Positions 25,810 to 38,586 of a stretch of DNA of 64,000 bases are shown here, piece by piece. How positions within the stretch are numbered: the stretch's first letter is position 1; each line of letters begins with the position of its first letter. Source of the stretch: Octopus vulgaris (taxonomy: Eukaryota); contig OX597823.1 in assembly GCA_951406725.2 (NCBI GenBank), positions 94,984,001-95,048,000 of the forward strand, in the 5' to 3' direction. Both the position numbers and the translations under genes were made by a program. The notes beneath the pieces were generated by a model. The model was not told where the DNA came from. It was given only the letters and a program-made list of their open reading frames with translations, and made no database searches.

Positions 25810-28800
25810 AATGTGTGTATGGCTGTCTGTCTGTATGTGTGCATCACTAGATGCCTACATGTTGAAAGTGCTTTCGATTGACAATTTATTAAATTCTTAT
25901 GTTTATATAATAACTAGCAGTATCATCCGGTGTTGCTTGGGTTTGTTTCGACCCTTTAGAATTGGAATTTTAGAAAAGTAAAAGTTTTGCATTATGCAAC
26001 TTGTTATTCTCTTTAAGTGAACATTTTTCCAGTTGAAATGCACAGCAGTCAAAAATCGTAGAACATAGGGATTTTCATAGAAAAAAAAGCACCTTTTTGA
26101 TGTAAATAATTTTTGGTATTAACATGGTCCGATTTGAATTTTATTTCCTACAGAATGAAGAGCAAGCCTTTTTCTATCATACTCTCAATTTTGGCCAACT
26201 TGCGCTGCAGGGTCTCAAAGGAGATAGTGTTAGTTGAAGGCTACCAAAACTGCCACACACAGACAACTTCAGCTTTATATATATAGATTTGCTACACACT
26301 ACTTTCCATCCTTAATAATGAAACTTGGTAGATCCAAAAGTTAAACACACAGACACACAAGTTGAGTTTTATATATAGAGATTTCTTAACGGGGATTTCA
26401 GGGGAGAGTTTCAGGGAGTCGCTGGCGATGCATCGTGATGATCAAAAATCTGGCCCGCTAAAATTTGGTTAAAGTGATTCAAACTGCAGACTCAACGCGA
26501 AATGGTCACATTTAATTCAAAGCGTTAAAAATGTTATGAAAACAATTGGTATGTGTTCACAAAGTCCAAAAGATTAATACGAAAAACCCCCCCAAGCTAC
26601 ATCCCGAAAATTCATTTCTTTGCCGAATTTCTACAATGTTTATGGCGATTCGTTTTTATATCTTGATTTTTTATTTCTCATGCAATTTACGCATGCTTGC
26701 ACGCGTGGTGAACACAGTTCACGTCAAACAGCTGATTGAGTAAAGTTCACTATTCAATGCATGGGATAAGGCCTAAACAAACACATTATCGATTTTTGCA
26801 CTTGCGAGATGAATTTCGGAACAGAAATAGCGCAGTTCAATTTTCATTCACCTAAACTTTAAGTGACCCATTTTTGGTGGTTATACGATTTGTTGGCTAG
26901 GAGGAGATGTGCCGGGAAGTTAAACACACAGACACACACACAGATACATACACAGACACACAAGTTGAGTTTTATATATATATAGATATATACAGTGATT
27001 CTTTCATACAGATATGGCAACTATTAGATTTATGCGTGTATGGTATGGCTGAATCTATTATAGACCATTCCAATTTATAGTTAATTTTGTTTTTCTTTAG
27101 TTTATGTATATAAGTAGCTAATGAAGTCATATTGGTGTCTGTATTTGGCTTAAATGAGTGTATATGCGCTAAAAATCTTTGCTTAAAATTACCGGAACTA
27201 CCTATATATACCTTACTTTGTGAATTATTAATTATTATAATTCTACATTTGTATATTACATTAAATCTTCTACAATTGCCTTCTATTTTTTTATCTTCAC
27301 AGGAGCAGTTCTTATTTTTATTATTGTATTTATGTTCAGCTATGTTGTAGCTATTATTGTTATGGTTATTTTCAGTGTGTGGTATTATTGTTGAATTTAT
27401 TGTATTATTATTTGTTGTAGAATTAGATATATTTATTGTTTTTAAATTATTATTATTATATTGTGGTGTATTATCTAAGGCATTTTGTATATTTTCACTT
27501 GTATTGTATTTAGAATTTTGCTTAGGTTTTTTTAGATTAATATTCTTATTATGTATTCCCGTATTATGAGTATTACATATACTTCGATTATTGGTTCTTA
27601 TCTTATCATTACTATTACTATTATTATTTTTATCACCATTGCCATCACCATCACTATTATTACTATTGTTATTGCTATTGTCATAATTATTAAGGCTATT
27701 TTTATATTTGTTAGTTTTTCTTTTATTAGAACAGGCTATAATAGATCCTATGTTTGGTGTTGTAGAGAAAGATATTTTAGTCGATGATCTATTAAATATA
27801 TGATGATATTTATGATTCCTAGTTTTTTAACTATATTTAAAAACATTTTTGCTAGACCCTTAACATTTAATGAAAATGGAGGTGTGTACCAAATAATGTC
27901 TCTCCCTCCACTCCTATTAGGTAGTTTATTACAATTATATATTGGTTTTGAGATTTGTATATTTTTCATTGAGTATTTATTATTATTATATTTAGTTCTT
28001 TGCCTATCATTATTTTTTCTAGGTTTTTTATTGTAATGTGTGGAAGTTTCTTCATTTTTTATTATTAATTTCATATTATTATTATATTTAAGGTTATCTA
28101 TATTTCTTGTTTTAGTATCGTATGTATTTTTGTTTAATTCCATTTGTGCTATATACGTTTTTAGTTTAGTATCCTTTATGTATTTAATATTTTATTTCAA
28201 TCCGCTAGCAGCTAAAGCTTGATTATAATAATTGGCATGATAATTAAAAAAATCTTCATTATAATATAGGTCAGATATTCTATTAGATATACTATTTATA
28301 ATACTTTTAAGTAATGATCTATGATGATTAGAATTAATATTTATGTATTTAAGATATTCATTCGGTTTATGAAATAGAGAGTAGGTTGCATTATTAAGGT
28401 CTAAGGTTACGTCTAAAAAATTTGCTTTAGAATAACTTTCTTCAAATGTAATAGATAAGCCGAAATTTTTATGAAATTTATGTAATTCCTCTTTCTTTTT
28501 CCCTATTTTTCTTTTAGATCTACCGTTATAGACAAAGAGTGCGTCATCTCTATATAATCCTCCCATCAAAAATGGGAAGTAGTATTTAGTCTCATATAAT
28601 AAATACAATCCTACAAGATCAGTAATTTGTGCCGAATCGGACGATCCCATTGTGATATCAAATAAATTTAATAAACTATTATTACCGGATCGGCACCATA
28701 ATTTGTCATTGAATTTAATTAGTGCTTTCCTAGCTAGTAGAATAATATAAATTTCCGAGTTTGTAATGTCAGTATGATTTTTGGCTAAAATTATAGCTTT

Positions 28801-29800
28801 ATTTAATATAATTGGTGATATTGATTCATAATAATTGTTGATGTCAAATTGCAAAAATGAAAATTTTGTCTTATTAGGAAATAAATGGAACCAGGATATT
28901 ACTTCTCCTGTACTGAACCATAGGTTATAATTTAGTTTTTTCTTTAAAACAGGTATAATTCTATCTAAAATATTTTTACTTATCCTTCCGATGTCCGATT
29001 TAGTTGGACAAATTAGTCTAATAGTAGGATTAATATTAAAATCTAATGGTCTTTCATATTAAAATGTGGTGTATTTGGAGTATATATTTCCGTGCGGTCT
29101 TCGACGTCTAAGTTACGCATAATTATAGAATATTCTTTATTTATCATTTCTGAACTTGCTAGATTAGTAATTTTATAAGATTTGCATAATTCTTTATGTA
29201 TAAATTCTTGATATTGAGCAGTAGTAATAGAATATAAATTTCATGTTTTATCAGAGAAAACGTGTATGTAAAGTGATTTTATAATATTGTTGACTATCGT
29301 GGTAAGATTCTTTTGGTATTTGGAATAGAATGGAGAGAACTTTACGGATTTTAACATATGTAATATGGCGTTTACAAAGTCCATTACTAGTGGATTATGT
29401 GGAGGGTTTTTATATTATTTCAGTCCATAAGTATTATTCTTTTGGTCATTTATCTTTCCTTTGTTGTCATAAAAGAATGCTTTCCATCTCATTCTTTTAA
29501 TTAAATCATTTGTTTTCTGGAGTAATGTTAAAAAATATGTGTCCTTGGAAGGAATTGGTATATCTTTAAGTGAAATTCCTAGATATTGTTTTTCCATGTT
29601 TCATAAATTCAGTATTGAGTGCTCTTTATATATAGAGAGCAAAAACTCCATTTATTTATTTATATATTATACAAGAAATTCCACGTAAACCCGAAGTTTC
29701 TACCTTTAAAAACAGGGAGTTACAGCCTCTTGTGTGATTTTTTGCTACCCTTGTAACTATTTATCTATTTTTTCCGTGTTAATTGTTAACAAGGGAAAAA
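25810..29800 (-). mobile_element. Near full-length Penelope-like element (Naiad-type RT + GIY-YIG), frameshifted and interrupted by a Helitron
   Basis: N-terminus SLKDIPIPSK...KRMRWKAFF (29597). RT motifs FDI..YYESI, FDITMGSSDSAQ, GLYRDDAL and NFLDVTLDL; IIWYTPPFS; Asn-rich linker. GIY-YIG NCSC..GNC..VIYKC..YIGS..CHICMKE (27310-26987) resumes at 25913 as LLYKHKNLINCQSKALSTCRH. Confidence 0.9.
25914..26986 (-). mobile_element. Non-autonomous composite Helitron-like element
   Basis: Minus strand starts TC(TATATATATAAAA) at 26986 and ends with an imperfect GC-rich hairpin + CTAG at 25914. Inserted at an A|T site with no TSD; similar 5' ends recur at 26381 and 26287. Confidence 0.8.
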
Positions 29801-30217
29801 TACACACATCTATTTATATATACTCTTTTACTCTTTTAGTTGTTTCAGTCATTTGACTGCGGCCATGCTGGAGCACCACCTTTAGTCGAGCAAATCGACC
29901 CCGGAACTTATTCTTTGTAAGCCTTGTACTTATTCTATCGGTCTCTTTTGCCGAATCTCTCAGTTACGGGGACATAAACACACCAGCATCGGTTGTCAAG
30001 TGATGCCGGAGGGACAAACACAGACACACAAACACACACAGATATATACATATATACAACTGGCTTCTTTCAGTTTCCGTCTACCAAATCCACTCACAAG
30101 GCTTTGGTCGGCCCGAGGCTATAGTAGAATACACTTGCCCAAGGTTCCACGCAGTGGGACTGAACCCGGAACCATGTGGTTGGTAAGCAAGCTACTTACC
30201 ACACAACCACTCATGCG

Positions 30218-30269
<52 letters not shown>

Positions 30270-30273
<4 letters not shown>

Positions 30274-30662
30274 AATACAAAATGGGACAAGAACGCAAAA
30301 CATCCAGACAGTTAGGTGATACAAGAAAGGGACAATAAAACAACACCCGTCCTTATTTCTTCTGTCCCTCTGCCTCTACCTGCCTCTCTTCTCTTCCCAT
30401 ATGACCGGTGTTCGGCCAAGTCTGACGTTTCTTTCTTGGTTCGGCCGTTGTCCATGCAACATCTATATTCTTCCCTGTGCCTGTGTAATCTTATATCCCT
30501 GCCGAAAGTCTTTACTTCCACACACGCCAGCTTAATTTAATTCGTCCTAGTCGAAAGACACCATTTGTTGTGTCCTGTTATTTGTATTTCTGTAACTTTC
30601 TCCGTTTTTTCCGTCTTTGTTTTCGTATACATTCGCTCCTTTCTTCCAAGAAATCTAATGCG
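30270..30662. repeat. Probable pLTR-type interspersed repeat between (TA)n tracts
   Basis: Bounded by (TA)n on both sides, with composition like the PLE termini in this window; only one copy here. Confidence 0.35.
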
Positions 30663-30699
<37 letters not shown>

Positions 30700-30703
<4 letters not shown>

Positions 30704-32165
30704 CAAGGAAAAAATTGTAAAAAGGCAGAATGCTAAATTGAAAGAAAATTTTAATGAAAATGGGTGTTTGGAAAAAGTTTTTGAAAAATTGATAAAATAT
30801 ACATATATATATTAATTCAAACCGGTTTTCGTCATAATGTGACTTTTCAAGAATTGTAAGGAAAAAAATTTTTTTTTTTAAATGAGGAGGGTGAAAAAAG
30901 GAAATTACATTGTTTTTTGCAAAAAAATAATAATAAATATATACAAAAATTAAAAATAGGTACTCCGATACATTGTAAAGTTTTTGTGTATCTTGAGTTT
31001 AATGATTGTTCACGAAAAAATTACCTTGAAGTATTGAGATCCAATGGGATTAAATCCATGTGTTGTTTAATTTAATTAAGGGTGTCTCTTCAGTGGATGG
31101 CAAAACAGGAAGTAGTAGTCCAGTTCCTGTGTTGTGAATAAGGGGAGACAACTCTTTTGGTTTTTAAACTCTTCAATTTGTGTTTGTCAATTTTTTGTAA
31201 TAAAGGGTGTTAATAAATCTTAAATTATAAAATTATCTTTTTAGCTTCATTTGCATTATCTTTTTTATTAACATTCAGATTTTAACACTTTATTTATATT
31301 ATTTTCTAATTATATAAATTTGCATAAACCAATTTATAATTACATTTCAGATTGTTATGTCATATATAATAAAAATGATAGTAATAATAACAACGATAAT
31401 AATAATGATATTTAAAGAATATAAGTTTTAGCTTGAAGTGATGACTGCATGGTATCCTTATATATTTGTGTTAGTCCATCCATGAAGAATGAGGTAGAGA
31501 AAAGAGAAGTATGATCAACGAGGAGTTTGCATATTAAGATGCGTTTTGAATTTTTCAATAAAGAGATTTTCCTTGTTAATTCTCTCCTGTGTGGTGATCC
31601 CGTCTTTACATTGGTAGAAGGGGAATATGTAGAATTTGGGATTTTTGATTTTAGCGCATGAGTCTATGTGGTCACTCAGTGGGATTTGCCGGTATTCCGG
31701 GAGATTTATTTGTTCTTTATGCACCGCTACTCGTATTACGTAACGGGAGGCTCGTTTGTCCAACATAATTATTGTTGGCAAACAGCGCATGTGAGAACGT
31801 AGATAAGGTTCTCGGAGGAACAGGAGAAGTTAGTCTTGATTTTAAACTTCGTTCCTTGTTTGAAGATAAAAAACAAATTAATCTCCCGGAATTCCGGCAA
31901 ATCCCACTGATTTGTAATATTCTTTTTTCCCCTCCTCACATTTAAAAAAAAAAAAATTTCCTTACAATTCTTGAAAAGTCACATTATGACGAAAACCGGT
32001 TTGAATTAATATATATATGTATATTTTATCAATTTTTCAAAAACTTTTTCCATACACCCATTTTCATTAAAATTTTCTTTCAATTTAGCATTCTGCCTTT
32101 TTACAATTTTTCCTTGCTTATCATTTCTCCACGTGCGGTCAACACAACCCCACCATTTATTGATC
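30700..32165 (-). mobile_element. 5'-truncated PLE with inverted pLTR
   Basis: GIY-YIG region at 31515-31870 (FKIKTNFSCSSENLIYVLTC...HIDSC...ENLFIEKF). ~200-bp inverted repeat 30700-30895 vs 31925-32120; (TA)n flanks. Confidence 0.85.
31966..32007 (+). ncRNA. Minimal type I HHR with U3-A8 core variant (inverted copy at 30814-30855)
   Basis: Stem I AATTC/GAATT, core TTGAAAA, stem II GTCA/TGAC, GAAA, palindrome ACCGGT, TT; predicted cleavage after 32002. Confidence 0.75.
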
Positions 32166-32239
32166 TATATATATATATCTATATATATATAGATATATAT
32201 ATATAGCGGCTACGTACATTTTGGTCTCTTGTTTGTAAG

Positions 32240-32271
<32 letters not shown>

Positions 32272-32617
32272 CACACACACATTATATGTATGCATATCTA
32301 TGTGTGTGCGTATTTTTTATGTTGGTGTTTGTCCCCCACTACCTGTAACTTAGCAGTTTGGAGACTGATAGAATAATACCAAGCTTGCAAAAATAATAAA
32401 AAGTCCTGAGGTTGATTCATTTGACTAAAAATACTTGATAGCAATGCCCCAGCATCGCCACAATCTACTGACTGAAATAAAAGATGGAAGATAAATAGCA
32501 ATAAAAATGCAAACAAACCAACACCGTTCTCACTCTCGCCATCACTATATCTGCCTCATTTCCATTACTTGGGATCGCTTCCCCCTCCTCCTCTCATGTT
32601 ATATTTCTTACTGTTCT

Positions 32618-32663
<46 letters not shown>

Positions 32664-32699
32664 TCTTTACCAAAGAGAAAGATAAGAAACACTGAATAA

Positions 32700-33290
32700 A
32701 GAAGAAAATAATATCTTTCTTTCTTTCGGTGCTATGTCCTGAATGTAGGACATGGGCAATCTTGTCCCTCCACCCTCCACGATTCCCTGTTCTTGGTTTT
32801 CTGTATAACAGTTCCACTTCTTCCTGATGTTTAATGTCTCGTTCTTCCAAACCAGTTCTTCCAGCTTCACATCCATAACATCCTTCTCCTTCTTCGCCTT
32901 CTTTTCCCTTCAATCTTTCCAGTCATCACTAAATTTTCCCTGGGCCCTCTTTCCTCATCACATGACAAAGAAGTCTCTGTTATTTGGCCCTTATCTCATG
33001 AAGTAGTATCCTATTTACTGCAGCCTCACTCGTCACTTCTTCATTAGATACTTTGTCCATGCTATCCTCGATATTTTCCCTAAGGACCACATTTCACAGC
33101 TCTCCAAATACCTTAAACCATGCCCCCCACAAATGTATTTTTCTGTTTTGCATTATCGACACCAACACTTGTTCACAAATTCATACATCTCTAATTTTGC
33201 GAAAGCTACTCTCACTCAACTATTTGTCTTTCTCTAACTTTGTCACTGACAGGCGATGGGTACAGTTTGAGGGAGATTAGGTTCCTTTTT
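32700..33290 (-). mobile_element. Old RTE-like RT 3' remnant
   Basis: Degenerate YGCEA, WNCY and F.YL-type motifs. Confidence 0.45.
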
Positions 33291-33459
33291 CTGAAAATAA
33301 ATTCACAACGTATTTGGCTAATTAACATATTTTTACAGAATGAAAAGAAAAAAAATTATAATTATCGAGAGAAAGAAAAAACTCATAACTCCAAGAAAAC
33401 AAAGAAAAGGAAAGAGTGGTGGCGGTGGTGGGGGATTAAGCAGCAGAAAATGGTGGGTG

Positions 33460-33830
33460 GGGAGTAACAGGTTGTACATCCCAGACCAAATGGCGAGTTT
33501 AGCCATGTCTGGTGGACATGATTGCAAAGGCACTGCCACAGAGAATGGCCAGGGATACGCTCTGTTGCAACCAACCAACCACACGGTGCTCATTTCTGAG
33601 ATTGGCCATCCTGATTTTGTGGAGGAAATCATCCATGCAAGGTCTGAGAACAGCCGAGGTCTCTCCTGCAACCAGAACAAAACTGATAGCGGCCGCTCAG
33701 GCTCCTGTATTTGTGTTATGGGCAATTCTTCCTTGTGAGATGGCAAATGATAATATAGTTTGATGGGGGTAGGTTGTTTTGTAGTGTCTGAATGCAAAGG
33801 CGGGCATACTTAAAGATAATTCATACACAC
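33460..33830 (-). mobile_element. Old DD37D/Tc1-like transposase remnant
   Basis: WMISSTKSGWP...PPDMAKLAIWS resembles the ..WPP.SPDLNPLD..IW region. Confidence 0.4.
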
Positions 33831-35116
33831 AAATGAAAAGATGCTGAAGACTATTGTGAAATAGGAGAACAGATGTTTTATTCCATTAGAAATATTAAAT
33901 TGACCATACCAGATCAAAACAAAACAAGAGATTGGAAACAACAACAACAACAGTTATTACAAGAAATTCCATGGCATCATAATGTTTGGCGTTGTTTATA
34001 TTTATGAAGAAATGGTCGTGAGAAGAATTTCTGAAACATCTCAAATAACAAACAATGCAAGCAAAGAATGATGTGTATGTCTATTTATAATGTGTGTGTG
34101 TGTATGCGTGCGTGAGAGAGAGAGAGAGAGGGAGGGAGAGGGAGAAAAGGGATGTGGTGAGTTATGTATTTGTGAGAGTCTAAAAAAATCATCTCGTGTG
34201 GATCCATCAGACAACAATTCCTGTTTGTTGAAATAGAAAGAAAGGTCTTTGTAGAGATTTTATTTAGATTTTTGAGGCAAACGAAAGTTCCAGTGAGAAA
34301 ATATTAGCACTGGCAGAAGGATGATTGATGTGGATCTGAGAGGTTCAGGTTTCAAGTCATTATTGAAATAAGCCTCTTTCAATTGATGCTTATGGATTCT
34401 GCTCATCTATTTACACGAAGAATAAAATTCTTAGGAGTCTGATGAAGTACTTTGAAGGGACAAAAGTTGAGTGATAAGGTGCTTGAATTGGACCCTTAAT
34501 TCAACCCTTACGGAAAAACACAGGTGGCCGGTCGCTGGCAAATGTTGGGTGGCACATTTATGGGAATCATCTAGACACTGTTTGGATGGTCATCAGGATT
34601 TGACATGGTTTAACATAAGGGGTGAAATGTTGCAGTGTGGACATGCTTTTCTTTTTCCACTGTCCAGTCTACCCTCTATGTTCTTGTGGTAGCCATTGTG
34701 AAATGGGAAAGGTGGACTTGGTCAGAGCTTGACAGTTGCTCTTCCTCTATACTGTATCACTTGTTGTGTGCATCAAAACGTGGTTCTTGCAATGTGTGTG
34801 TGTGTGTGTGTGTTGTAGTGGTTCTATTGTTCTTGCTAATTGTATTGTAGTGAGTGTTTAGCCTCAAATCAGTCTTCATAGACTGAAGATCAAAGGCATT
34901 TATTGTTGTTGATGGTGGTGTTTGTGTTGATGATAACCAATCCTATCTTCTCAGACAAACAGAGAAGTTACCCTTGGCAGATCCTCTACAGGTTTTCTTC
35001 ACCTACTTAACCCTTATGAAATTATTCTATTTATATTATTATCATTACTATCATTGCTATTGTTGTTGTTTTCTATGTAGTAGTAGTAGTTGTTATTATT
35101 AGAATTATTATTGTAA

Positions 35117-35849
<733 letters not shown>

Positions 35850-35856
35850 GTTATTA

Positions 35857-35924
<68 letters not shown>

Positions 35925-35997
35925 GTTATTGTTGTTGTTGTTGTTACTATTATTATTATTATTATTAGCATCATCATCATCATCATCATCATCATCA

Positions 35998-36069
<72 letters not shown>

Positions 36070-36109
36070 CATTATTATTATCTTCTTCTTTGAATTTCGT
36101 TTCCAATTC

Positions 36110-37100
36110 TTGCTGAGTGTCTTCCCAGCACCTAGAGCAAAGAAACTCATTGTATACATTGGTAGGCCATCAAAATAAACACATCAGATTGTTCATTTAC
36201 AAAGTCATGAGATAGAAAAAAGGGAAGAAAGAAAGGGGAAAGAAGTAGATTAAAGAAAAAAATGAAAAAGAGGAAACAAAGACAATAAAAGGGAAAAAGA
36301 AAAGGAAAAAGCAACAATCTTCTTCTCAATACTTGTGACCAATTACGAGTTAAGACAATCTTTTGCACTTCCTGCAAAGGTGGTAAGCCAGGGATTATCC
36401 ACAAATCACTTTCAGTTACCTTTTTAATCATTTCAAGTTATCCTACAATTACTGGTATTGTAACTGTCTTGAGATGCCACATTTTTTTCAGTTTCAATCT
36501 GGAAATATTTCCTGGGCTTATCAAGCCTTTTTTTGCCGTGGTATTATGATCACAAGGTATGCTCATGTCAATCAGTGAACAGGTTTTATTGTTTTGGTCT
36601 TTCACAACAATATCTTGTTAATTAACTTTGATGGTCTGGTCTTTACATACTGGAAAGTCCCAAAGGACCGTTACGTTTTCTCCCTCAGTTCCAGCTTCTG
36701 GATGGTGCTTATACCATTTGTCAGCATCTTCGATTTGATAATTCTGACATGTTAACTAGTGTAGATATTAACCAACTCTGTCATGTTTAGATTTATACTC
36801 TACTGGTGCTAAAACCTTACACCCAAAGATAAGGTCGTCCACTGTTTCAATCCCATCGTTGCAGTATCGGCATTTTGGGTCTGCACTATTTTTCAATACA
36901 TTGGTTTGATCGTTCCAGATCAATAAGCTCTGATCTTGAGCAGCCAAGATAAAGCCTTCGCTCTCTGCCTTTAGCTCTGTGCTCCATGGCCACTGAAGTA
37001 TGTGCTTCTGGTCTACATCAGCTTATTTACTAAGGGCCACATATTTGCCATGCAACGGGTTTTGTTCCTAACTATCAACTAATTGTTCAAATGCTTTTTG
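36110..37100 (-). mobile_element. R4/Dong-like LINE 3' fragment
   Basis: HGKY, LKAESEGFILAAQDQSL, WDFPV, DIVV and QEVQKIVL motifs on the minus strand; 3' side runs into a (TAA)n-rich tract. Confidence 0.82.
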
Positions 37101-37147
37101 CTTTGCCATTGATTTCACCTTCTTTGCAACAACAGTTGCTGCTCTTC

Positions 37148-37212
37148 CATCATCATCATCATCATCATCGTCGTCGTCGTCATCATCATCATCATCATCA
37201 TCATCATCGTCG

Positions 37213-37244
<32 letters not shown>

Positions 37245-37304
37245 GTCATCATCATCATCATCATCTTCATCATCATCATTATCATCATCATCATCATCAT
37301 CATT

Positions 37305-37369
<65 letters not shown>

Positions 37370-37520
37370 CATCATCATCATCGTCATCACCATCATCATC
37401 GTCATCATCATCATCGTCGTCATCATCATCATCATCATCATCATCATCGTCATCACCACCATCATCATCATCATTATCATCATCATCGTCATTATCATCA
37501 TCATCGTCATTATCATTATT
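37148..37520. repeat. (CAT/CGT)n trinucleotide microsatellite
   Basis: Source of the spurious poly-Asp/His/Met ORFs. Confidence 0.95.
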
Positions 37521-37876
37521 AGCGTAGCAAGTTGGTTGATTTGTTAGCACACTGGACAAAATGTTTAGTGGCATTTTGTCTGTTTTGAGTTCAAATTCTG
37601 CCAAGGTTGACTTTGTGTCAAGGAAATAAGTATCAGTTAAGCACTGGGGGTCAATGTAACCGACTAGACACCCCACTCCCTCAAAGATTCAGGTCTTGTG
37701 CCTACAGTAGAAAGGATTATTAATATTCTTTTCATATTTTAGCACAAGGCCAGCAATTTCAGAGATGGAGTTAAGTCGATTGCATCGATCCCAGTGTACA
37801 ACTGGTACATATTTTACACACCCTGAAATGATGAAAGGCAAAGTCAACACTGGCGGCATTTGAACTCAATGCAAAC

Positions 37877-38375
37877 ATTATTTACATTATTTACATTTGA
37901 TGGATATTTGTCCTCATCTTGTTTGTTGTTAACACAACGTTTCGGTTGACGTATCCTCCACTGGAAAATACGAAAACTAAACGAAGCAGCGCATATGCTC
38001 GGACATAATAACGTCCTAAGCAGACCGTGTGCAGATATGACTAGCATATGGGAACCGGTTTTAAGGAAGGATAGGAAATATTGCCCTAAAATTCGCTCCA
38101 TAATTGCCCACGGACATATGGCGTAGTGGTTAAGAGCGCGGGCTACAAACCCCAAGATTCCGAGTTCGATTCCAGGTAGTGACCTGAATAATAATAATAA
38201 TAATAATAATAACATCGGAATGAGAACCTAGGTTCGAAATTCCCCCAGGACACCTGATGAAGGCTAGAAAGTATATAAGCTGAAACGTTGTGTTAACAAC
38301 AAACAAGATGAGGACAAATATCCGTCAGATGTAAATAATGTAAATAATATACGTAATTCCTCATCTCTCTGTATT
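37877..38375 (+). mobile_element. tRNA-headed, HHR-containing element with inverted terminal arm, inserted in a SINE
   Basis: Inverted repeat 37877-37949/38275-38348. tRNA-like segment 38112-38184 (A-box TGGCGTAGTGG, B-box GAGTTCGATTCC), (TAA)n, then HHR-like 38249-38294. Confidence 0.75.
38249..38294 (+). ncRNA. Minimal HHR variant
   Basis: Stem I GACAC/GTGTT, CTGATGA (38254-38260), A-GGCT/AGCT stem II, GAAA-CG-TT (ACGT palindrome in place of stem III). Confidence 0.6.
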
Positions 38376-38586
38376 ATCACAATGTAAAGACAGACAAAAT
38401 ATCGCAAAGCATTTTCCTGGCGCACCTACAGTTCTGCCTCAAGGATTATTATTATTATTATTATTGATATGTATTATTGATTTGTATTTCCTATAATGTA
38501 ATGATACATGTGTAACATGGAATTAAAATGCGCTAATATATATATATATAAGCGTGTGTATATGTATATATAAGTTTGTATATATA

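Noticed and set aside
26987-27310. Possible selenocysteine-encoding Naiad endonuclease
   Set aside because: The cysteines I could read use TGT/TGC and no in-frame TGA is present in this segment.
33340-33797. 132-154 aa ORFs as a host gene
   Set aside because: No domain or exon context; better explained as a decayed DD37D-like transposase.
37068-37676. Poly-Asp, poly-His and poly-Met ORFs
   Set aside because: Translation of a (CAT)n microsatellite; the start lies in a SINE.
38112-38184. Possible genuine tRNA gene
   Set aside because: Acceptor, anticodon and T stems do not pair properly, and it sits inside a mobile element; treated as tRNA-derived.
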